This document shows positions 55,998-64,000 of a DNA stretch of 64,000 nucleotides, piece after piece. The stretch comes from Eubacteriales bacterium (GTDB lineage Bacteria; Bacillota; Clostridia; Oscillospirales; CAG-272). The notes beneath the pieces were generated by a model that ran no database searches, was not told the DNA's origin, and saw nothing but the letters and a program-made list of their open reading frames with translations. The stretch lies in assembly GCA_045611965.1 (NCBI GenBank), contig JAZKYE010000005.1:836-64835 (forward strand), in the 5' to 3' direction. The position numbers and the translations under genes are program-made. The number at the start of each line of letters is the position of its first letter. Position 1 is the first letter of the stretch.

Positions 55998-58573
55998 ATG
56001 AAATGATTTTGCTTAAGGGTTGCGTGCCTTGTGCTTACATTCGTGCTTGCACTTTTCACCCTTGCCTCGTGCTACGAAGAAGAGGAGGATAACGGCACGG
56101 ACGTCGTGCTTATCAAGGACGGCGTTGCTCAGTTCAAGGTGGTTTATTCTCTTGACGCAGGCAACCAGATAAGACGCGCCGCAATTTCCTTCGTTGAGGA
56201 ACTGCGCGACCTCGGTGTTGAGGTTGAGGATGCTATCAGCGACAGCGACGCAATCGATATCGCCCCGTGTGAGATTCTTATAGGAACCGACATCAAGAAC
56301 TGTCCTGACGGGTGCGCGGTTTCGGTTGACGATATCGGTGAGAACGGCTATGTTATCAAGGCGGTCGGCAAGAGAATTGTTATCGTTGCAGGCACCGTAG
56401 AGGGAACCAAGAACGCTATTAGCAAATTTATGTCAGAGCACCTCGGTGTAGAAGAGGACACCGAAACCCTGAAGAACGTGAGAGTTAAGGAAGGTTTGCT
56501 TGACGAGCTCATTAACAACAACACCATCTTTGCCTTCAATATTGCGGGCAATCCTATTGCGGATTTCGTTGTTGCATACGATTTCGGCGAGGATAGTAAT
56601 ATTTTAAGCGCATGCCCCTCGCCTACTGAATTCACTAACGCTATCAAGACTGCGACGGGCATCGACCTTACGGTAAAGAAGCTTTCCGAGACTTCGCGCG
56701 ACGATAAAAGAATCGTTATCAAGCTCGTTGACAACGCAGGCAAGGACGGCTTCAGAGCCTATGTTTATCGGGGCGAGCTTATTATCGAGTGCGCTTACTG
56801 GAACAAGTTTGCACAAGCCTTTAAAGCGTATATCAATGATGAAATAACCGGCAAGAGCGGTACTGTTGAGCTGGATAGCGGCTATTCCTACACCTACCCT
56901 GTATCCTCTGTAACCTATGAGGAATTCGGAGCGGTCGGTGACGGTAAGACCAACGACATCGACGCTATCCGCAGGACGCACGAGTTTGCCAACCAATGCG
57001 GCCAGAAGGTAATTGCCGACGACAGCGCGAATTATTACATAGGCCTTATCGGTGGCAAGAGCGTGCCGATTATGACCGATACCGACTTCGGCAGCGCGAC
57101 CTTCACCATTGACGATACCGCACCCGGAGTTTATCATGAACGCGGAGTTCACATCTTCCACATCATGCGTGAGGCAGATAATGAGCCCATTTACCTTAAC
57201 GAGGCTGATATCAAGGCACTTGCCGGTACTGACGACCCTCAGGTGCTTCGTACCTACGATTCTGACGGAAATCTGATTTCCGGCTCAATACCGTGGCTTG
57301 CAAGGAAGCTTACATCCGGCGCTATGATAATGCTGAATAACGCCAACCATTCGGACTACATTCGCTTTGGCGTAAACAGGAACCTCGGTAATCCAAGATG
57401 CGAGATGATAATCGTTGACAAAGACGGAAAGATTGACGATTCAACCCCCGTAATCTTTGATTATACCGATATCACCTCTATGTCGATTTTCTATACCGAC
57501 GATGACCCTATTACGGTTGAGGGCGGCCGCTTCTATAACGTCTGCTGTAGGGTAGTACCTGAAACCGAAAACCTAAACATATACCGTGAATATGCAAGAG
57601 GCTTCCTCGTTGAGCGCTGCAACACCACTATGCGGTCTGTCGACCATAAGATGAAGAACGAGCCCAAGAGATTTGTCAACGGTGTAGATGGCTTTAATCA
57701 GGGCTATCCCTACTTCGGCTTTATAGTCCATTCTAAAACCTACAATTCAAAGGCGATTTCCTGCGATTTTACCGATCGTAAGGTATATGCAATGCATCCA
57801 ACGTTTCGATGGGCACTTACGATCTTATCGTAGAGTACAGCATAGGCTCGTACTTCGATCGCGTCACGCAGAGCAAGGTTCCTATTAACGACACCGCGTA
57901 CTGGGGAATGATGGCATCCAACTACTCGCGTAATATGACCTTCAAGTCCTGCTCTATCTCGCGCTTTGACGCGCATTGCGGCTTCTGGAATGCCGACCTC
58001 ATCGATTGCGAGATTGGTCAGTCTATTAACGTAATCGGTGGCGGTAAGCTTAATATTATCCGTACTAAGAGATACGGCGTGAACTTCATCGCTCTAAGCA
58101 ATGATTACGGTGCTACCTTTGAGGGTGAGATTCTTATTCAGGACTGTGATTTCTTGGCAGAGAGAGGCTATAGCTCGGATACCAAAGAGGGCGGTGATAA
58201 GTACGTAGCAGGCAATCTGTATGATGCAGCCTATATCATCAAAGCAGACGTAAAAAATTATACGGTTGATAACAGACCCGAGCCTACCGAAGATTACACG
58301 CTCTGGGATTTCGGCTACAAGTGCTATATGCCGAGTAAGGTTATCATAGATAATCTTAAAACGCACACGAATACCTACGTATTCAACGACATACACGACG
58401 CACACTTCATCCCTCAGGCGGAGGGTGACGAGATTTACGAGCCTACCAAGGAAATCGTGTTCCGCAATATGACACAGTCGGCAATCGACGCTATTCCTAA
58501 CTGTAGGACACCCGCGAATTCGCCTATGGTGGCGGCATTCAAGAGGACGGTTCAGAATCTCAAGACAGGCTAA
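55998..58573 (+). pseudogene. Disrupted paralog 1 of a predicted beta-helix lipoprotein family
   Basis: ATG 55998 followed by in-frame TGA at codon 3 (56004-56006); frameshift near 57789-57791 splits it into ORFs 56031-57833 and 57809-58573, which together are colinear with the two downstream paralogs. Confidence 0.75.
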
Positions 58574-58596
58574 TACCGATTTGTGAGGACCTTTCT

Positions 58597-61212
58597 GTGA
58601 AAGATTTAAAAAGACTGTTATTACTTATTCTCGTGCTCTCACTCGCGGCATTTGCCGCAGTGGGGCTCACGGGATGTGACGGGGATGTCCCCGATAATAA
58701 GAATCCTGAGGATGACATTCCTCTGGATGGACTCGTGCTAATTCACGAGAATGAGGCTAAATTTAATATAATCACAGCGCAGGGCGCAGGCTCTGCGGGC
58801 ATTCGCGCGGCAAACGACCTTTACAAGCTTTTTACCGATAAGCTCGGTGTTGCCGAGGTCAACGCGCCGATACCCGACAGCGATGTCGAAAGCCTTTGGA
58901 ATTGCGAGATTATTATAGGCACGGACTGCCGCAACCGCGGTGATGAGTGCTCGGTCGATGCGCGCGAGATAGGACATCTCGGCTACGTCATAAAGGTCGT
59001 GGGTGAGCGTGTTATTATTGCAGGCGGCTCACCCGCAAAGACGCGCGAGGCGGTCAATATCTTTATAAGCAAGTATCTCGGTGTTACCGATACTACCGAA
59101 GCGCTTAGCAATATAGCGTTAAGCACGACGCTTAACGAAACCGTCTATACCGATTACAATATCGACTCGCTTAAAATAGGCGACAACGATATCAGTATGT
59201 ATAAGGTCGTTTGCGACACGTCCGACGAGAATATCTGCCCGACGATAACGACTACCTTCACAGAGTCTGTGTCGATGCTTACGGGTAAGTATATCGAGGT
59301 CGTTGACCAGAGCGTCGCGCAGGACGTAACGCATAAGATTATATTCAGAAAGCTTCCCGTGTCACATGACGCTAACGGAAACCGCACCTATGCCGACGGC
59401 TTTTACATCAGGGTAGAGGGTAACGATCTTATCTTCGAGTGCGAATACTACAATGCCTTCGTCAAATTTTACGACAGCTTTATGGAAGAGTACGTGCTCA
59501 CCAAATCGGGTGACGTAGTTATCCCCAAGGACCTGAACATAACCAAGTGTGCGAGCATCGTCAAGTACAGCGACTTTGGCGCGTTTGGCAACGATACCGA
59601 GGACGATTTTTCCTATATGCTTGATGCACACGAGTATGCAAATCTCGGCGGACAGAAGGTCGTTGCCGACGGTGAGGTTTATTACATAGGAATAGGTGGC
59701 ACACAAATTCCTATAAGGACCAACGTGGATTTCGGCACGGCGCGCTTCGTCATTGACGACAACGCAAAGGGCATAAATCGCAAAAAGCATATATTCATCA
59801 TCGAGCGCGAGCACAAGAACAAAACCGTGTTCTTCGGTGTGGACCATCCTACGAATACCGCGCTTAAAAAGCTTGAAACCACCTCGCTTCCGTGGCTTGA
59901 CGAGCATCTTGATTACGATTCGCTCGTCTTGGTTAATACCGCGCATATGGATTATATAAGATACGGCGCAAACGGAAACCTTGGTCGCACGAGATGCGAC
60001 GTGCTTCTCGTCGATAAGGACGGCAACATAGACGAAAGCACACCCGTTACCAACGACTACGAGTTCGTAGGTCAGGTCAATATATTTAGGGTTGACGACG
60101 AGCCCATCACCGTGAACGGTGGCTTCTTTGAGAACATCTGCGCGCGCTCCGGCTGTGAGCACAACAATAAGTGGGGCTGCTATAAGGGAAGGACGGAAAA
60201 TTACTGCCGCTCAAACGTATATCAGTCGGTTTCTCGCGGCTTCCGTATAGAGAGAGCGAACTGCATTATTACCAATGTTGACCACAAGGTGGTTGACGAG
60301 CCCCAGGACGGCAGCTATCCGTACTACGGCTTCTTCCTCTTCTACAACGCGCATAACGTAACGGTCAAGGACTGCAACCTCACGGGTCATAAATACTACG
60401 TTGAGTACAAGACCAACGACTACGGTCAGACCAACTGGGTTCCTATGGGTACTTACGACTTGGTTTGTGAGTATTCAAACGAGATTCACTTTGAGAATAT
60501 AACGCAGACAAACGGTAAAAACGATATAGGTGACTCGGGCTATTGGGGCATTATGTCCTCAAACGGCTCAAAGAACCTTCACTTCAAGAGCTGTATAATT
60601 TCGAGAATTGACGCGCATTGCGGCTTCTGGAATATGACGGTAGAGGATACTGTTATCGGTCACACCTTTAACGTAATTGGCGGCGGTAACCTTACGGTTA
60701 AGAATAGCCAAAGACGCGTTGGCCAATCCTTTATAAGCCTGCGCGGTGACTACGGCGCAACCTTTGACGGGGATCTCGTTATAGAAAACTGTCTGCTCGA
60801 CGGTATCAAGTCATATAACAGCGTATGGGGCAAGTACGAAAATAAACCAACATCAAGACCCTCGTCAAGAGAGCCAATCGGTTATATCATCTCGCCCGGC
60901 TTCGATACGACGAGTAAATATCTTAATTGGGATTTCGGCTATAAGTGCTACCTTCCGCATACGGTAACGATAACCAACTTCCAGAGCAATACGTCATATC
61001 TCTATATTTACAACAGCGTAGGTGACTCTGCCTTTAGCGCAAAGTATCCTAATCAGTATCAGATAACTCGGAAGATTACCTATATCAGGGATACTACGGT
61101 AGCTCTTCCCACCTTCTTGAAGGCAGGAAGCATAAAAACGAATATCAGCATTGCACCGAGTGGATGCAGCAAGCTGAATTCAATTCCTTACGAGTCAAAG
61201 AAAATTCAGTGA
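58597..61212 (+). CDS. Lipoprotein paralog 2, GH20-domain-2-like modules plus pectin-lyase-like beta-helix (putative glycan-active enzyme)
   Basis: Lipobox LTGC; CEIIIGT...GYVIKVVGERVIIAGG; YSDFGAFGN; MGTYD; YWGIMSSN; SRIDAHCG; GTG start. Confidence 0.7.
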   Translation: MKDLKRLLLLILVLSLAAFAAVGLTGCDGDVPDNKNPEDDIPLDGLVLIHENEAKFNIITAQGAGSAGIRAANDLYKLFTDKLGVAEVNAPIPDSDVESLWNCEIIIGTDCRNRGDECSVDAREIGHLGYVIKVVGERVIIAGGSPAKTREAVNIFISKYLGVTDTTEALSNIALSTTLNETVYTDYNIDSLKIGDNDISMYKVVCDTSDENICPTITTTFTESVSMLTGKYIEVVDQSVAQDVTHKIIFRKLPVSHDANGNRTYADGFYIRVEGNDLIFECEYYNAFVKFYDSFMEEYVLTKSGDVVIPKDLNITKCASIVKYSDFGAFGNDTEDDFSYMLDAHEYANLGGQKVVADGEVYYIGIGGTQIPIRTNVDFGTARFVIDDNAKGINRKKHIFIIEREHKNKTVFFGVDHPTNTALKKLETTSLPWLDEHLDYDSLVLVNTAHMDYIRYGANGNLGRTRCDVLLVDKDGNIDESTPVTNDYEFVGQVNIFRVDDEPITVNGGFFENICARSGCEHNNKWGCYKGRTENYCRSNVYQSVSRGFRIERANCIITNVDHKVVDEPQDGSYPYYGFFLFYNAHNVTVKDCNLTGHKYYVEYKTNDYGQTNWVPMGTYDLVCEYSNEIHFENITQTNGKNDIGDSGYWGIMSSNGSKNLHFKSCIISRIDAHCGFWNMTVEDTVIGHTFNVIGGGNLTVKNSQRRVGQSFISLRGDYGATFDGDLVIENCLLDGIKSYNSVWGKYENKPTSRPSSREPIGYIISPGFDTTSKYLNWDFGYKCYLPHTVTITNFQSNTSYLYIYNSVGDSAFSAKYPNQYQITRKITYIRDTTVALPTFLKAGSIKTNISIAPSGCSKLNSIPYESKKIQ

Positions 61213-61268
61213 TTTTCATATCTTAAATAGTTTACGTAAACTAAAATTCACACGATAGGGTGTTTTTT

Positions 61269-63962
61269 ATGAAAAGACAAATACTTATTCGCGCAGTTTT
61301 ATTCCTACTTACTCTTACACTTGCATTAGCTTCTATGAGCGCGTGCAACGGATTTGAGGTTGCCGATGACGAGCTTCTGCTCATATCTCGCGGCGAGGTG
61401 AAATTTGATATAGTCGTATCAAGTGAGCTCACCGAGGACGAGGTGGCTATGGTAGAGGAATTTGTCAAGACCTTCGAGGCGCTTGATATACAGATGCCCG
61501 AAATCATATACGACGTAGAGCCTGACGATGCTACCGACGGCGGTGACGCAGACGAGAGCGCCGACGGTGATGACGCAAGGTGCGAGATACTCTTCGGCAC
61601 AGGCTTTAAGGGCAGAGAGGGCTGTGAGGTAACCAAGAGCCAGCTTGGCGAGGACGGCTATGTCGTTAAGGTTGTCGGTGACAAAATAATTGTCGCAGGC
61701 GGTACTCGTGAAAAATTTTCCGAGGCAATAGCCCTGCTTCTATCAGACGGACTTAAAATTACTGATGCAACCGAGCCTGACAAGTATATGTACCTTGTTA
61801 TCAAGCGTGACTTCCTTGCAGAGCAGTACACGGAACACGATAATCCCGTACACGATAATCCCGTACAGGATAATCCCGTACAGGATAATCCCGTATACGA
61901 TATTCCCGTACCAACAGTCGGTAACCTTGACCTTGCTGAATTCGTGCTTTCCTATGCTGACAACGATATCGTGCGCTCGGTTGCCGACCTGGTGCGTCAA
62001 ACTATACGCGAGCGCACAGGCATAGCTCTTATCGACGAGGATGACCTGCCCGACGGGGCGAGCGCAAAGCATTGCTTTACCATCTGCGTGTCCTCATCCT
62101 CATCCGACGCGCACTTCTCTGTCGGGGTAATGGGTGATGACCTTGTTATGACCTGTAACGCGCCGACTCGCTTGCTTCTCGGTGCACAACGGTGGATAGA
62201 GGAAATGCTCATCCCCGATGCTGACGGCAAGGTTGACTTCGGTAAGAGCTTTGAGTGGAATGCAGCTTACCGCTATTCCGAATTCGGTGCTGTCGGTGAC
62301 GGTGTTACCGATGATTTCGATGCCCTTATGAAAACGCACGTTGCGGCTAATGGTGAGGGCGTTAACGTTATTGCCGATGACAGCGCTGTTTACTATATCG
62401 GCAGAAGCTCGCACGGCAAGGTAATTCCGATCGAAACGAACGTAAACTTCGGCAGAGCAAAATTCATTATCGACGATACGATAGTAAACCCCTTTGATGA
62501 CAACGTTATCACAAAGAACATTTTTGATGTAGTTCCATCGGCAAACCGCTCGTCATATCTCGTCAGCAATACCCGATTTACCGATGCAGGCTACGTTGCA
62601 AGCACGGTGGGCTCGGGAGCTGAGGCATTCACGGTGTATAAAAAAAGCGACAGCTCGCCTGCCTTGAAGAAGGGTGCGGCTGAATTCCCGATGACCTTCG
62701 GTGAGGATGTTATGCTCGTTCTCGTTAACGCAGAGGAACGCGTTTACATTCGCTCTGGTGGCAACGCAAATAACGGTGCGGAAAAGCGAGAGGTCATTCT
62801 CGTCAGCTCAAGCGGCAGAATTGACCCATCGACACCCGTGCTCTGGGATTACTCGGGCTTTTCTGAGATTCGGGTAATTCCGATTGCAGAAACCACCGTT
62901 ACCGTAACGGGCGGTATCTTTACAACGTGGGCTAACCAGATTAAGACGGGCGCGCCTGCGGGCAAGGCAGAGGGTGACCAGTATTACTATTTTTCCAGAG
63001 GTATTCGCGTTTCAAGAAGCAACACGGTTGTGCGCGGACTGACGCACCTTATAGAAAAGGAAGCCGTACCTACGGGCTCTACTAATGACGGCGGCTATCC
63101 CTACAACGGATGGCTTGATATAAGCCTTTGCAACGGCGTGCTTGTTGAAAACGTAACCTTTACAGGGCACAGAGTTTATAAAGAGGACCGTGTGGACGCA
63201 AGCGGTAATCCCGTAAAGGATTCTGGCACGCATATGGGAACATACGATATCAATGCCAACTCTGCAAACAACATCACCTGGCGAGGCTGTAAGCAGTCTA
63301 ACAGTATAACGAATAACACCTACTGGGGTCTTATGGGCTCAAACTTCGTGAAAAATCTTACCTTTGATTCCTGCGAGCTCTCGCGCTTTGATGCACATCA
63401 GGGAGTTTGCAACGCAACAGTTATCAACAGCACGATAGGACAGTATATAAACTGCATCGGCGGTGGAACGCTTTCCATTATTAATACGAAAAAGCTCGTC
63501 GGAGGCTCATTCGTAAACTTAAGAAACGATTACGGCGGAACGTGGGAGGGTGACGTTATTATAAAGAACTGCACGCTTCTCGGCTATAAGGCAGGACCTA
63601 ACGACGATTATACGAAGAACGGTTTTGAAAGCAAGATTGCAATCTTTATGATTGGCTTTCAGGCGGGTCACGACTACGGTTATCAATGCTATCTGTTCAA
63701 GAACATAGAGATTGATGGCTTTAAGTTTGATCTTAACGTAGCAGACAGGCTTATGTTCCGTGGCGGTTATAACGCGACAAGCTTTACCGACCCCGATTAC
63801 GCCTACGTACCGCCTGAGAAAATAACGATAAAGAATATGGATGCGACACAGACCTTTAAAATGAGCCTTTATTCAAAGGTATTTCCGAGCCTTGTCGCGA
63901 CGTCACCTGAAAAGGGCAAAATTTATATCGACGACCCGATGGGCCTTATGACGGTTAATTAA
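61269..63962 (+). CDS. Lipoprotein paralog 3, same family
   Basis: Lipobox MSAC; CEILFGT...GEDGYVVKVVGDKIIVAGG; YSEFGAVGDGVTDD; MGTYD; YWGLMGSN; SRFDAHQG. Confidence 0.7.
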   Translation: MKRQILIRAVLFLLTLTLALASMSACNGFEVADDELLLISRGEVKFDIVVSSELTEDEVAMVEEFVKTFEALDIQMPEIIYDVEPDDATDGGDADESADGDDARCEILFGTGFKGREGCEVTKSQLGEDGYVVKVVGDKIIVAGGTREKFSEAIALLLSDGLKITDATEPDKYMYLVIKRDFLAEQYTEHDNPVHDNPVQDNPVQDNPVYDIPVPTVGNLDLAEFVLSYADNDIVRSVADLVRQTIRERTGIALIDEDDLPDGASAKHCFTICVSSSSSDAHFSVGVMGDDLVMTCNAPTRLLLGAQRWIEEMLIPDADGKVDFGKSFEWNAAYRYSEFGAVGDGVTDDFDALMKTHVAANGEGVNVIADDSAVYYIGRSSHGKVIPIETNVNFGRAKFIIDDTIVNPFDDNVITKNIFDVVPSANRSSYLVSNTRFTDAGYVASTVGSGAEAFTVYKKSDSSPALKKGAAEFPMTFGEDVMLVLVNAEERVYIRSGGNANNGAEKREVILVSSSGRIDPSTPVLWDYSGFSEIRVIPIAETTVTVTGGIFTTWANQIKTGAPAGKAEGDQYYYFSRGIRVSRSNTVVRGLTHLIEKEAVPTGSTNDGGYPYNGWLDISLCNGVLVENVTFTGHRVYKEDRVDASGNPVKDSGTHMGTYDINANSANNITWRGCKQSNSITNNTYWGLMGSNFVKNLTFDSCELSRFDAHQGVCNATVINSTIGQYINCIGGGTLSIINTKKLVGGSFVNLRNDYGGTWEGDVIIKNCTLLGYKAGPNDDYTKNGFESKIAIFMIGFQAGHDYGYQCYLFKNIEIDGFKFDLNVADRLMFRGGYNATSFTDPDYAYVPPEKITIKNMDATQTFKMSLYSKVFPSLVATSPEKGKIYIDDPMGLMTVN
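61836..61910 (+). repeat. In-frame 15-bp tandem repeat, 5 copies
   Basis: CACGATAATCCCGTA x2, CAGGATAATCCCGTA x2, TACGATATTCCCGTA; encodes HDNPV-HDNPV-QDNPV-QDNPV-YDIPV. Confidence 0.95.
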
Positions 63963-64000
63963 AGTCGCTCGTTATTCGCTTTATAAGTAACGGTAATAAG

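Noticed and set aside
56004..56006. TGA recoding (alternative genetic code or selenocysteine)
   Set aside because: TGA ends several clear genes here (11160, 20023, 23707, 54695, 61212) and the same gene also has a frameshift

Overview
A 64-kb chromosomal window from a Firmicute (Clostridia-like; genetic code 11; sigmaA promoters TTGACA-17-TATAAT). It has three parts. (1) About 1.6-24 kb is an accessory region downstream of a minus-strand tRNA-Pro(CGG). It holds a MarR-controlled operon (2-enoate reductase, two-subunit aconitase X, DegV), a membrane LuxR regulator beside a 918-aa lipoprotein, two ECF sigma/anti-sigma pairs (one with RsgI-type DVNP domains), YyaL, a FAD/Rieske oxidoreductase and a serpin lipoprotein. 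About 9 kb of it is bracketed by a ~115-bp direct repeat of the tRNA 3' end, with no integrase visible. (2) About 24-56 kb is mostly housekeeping: an SbcD-like nuclease, an orphan BsuBI/PstI-like methyltransferase homolog with NPPQ, an EF-G/TetM-like GTPase fused to an NYN nuclease, MATE, pheST, coaD, rsmD, uvrC, an HPr homolog with Tyr in place of His15, trmD, rimM, tadA, rnr, secG, heparinase II/III-like, trkAH, pepT, ynbB-like and a TPP riboswitch-thiT. (3) About 56-64 kb carries three tandem paralogous lipoproteins with predicted beta-helix domains, the first one disrupted. The best candidates for undescribed systems are the enoate reductase-AcnX-DegV operon, a promoter-driven double four-way-junction RNA upstream of pepT, the degenerate methyltransferase, a mini-hairpin array next to tRNA-Pro, and the beta-helix lipoprotein family. 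All calls come from reading motifs by eye; no database search was run.
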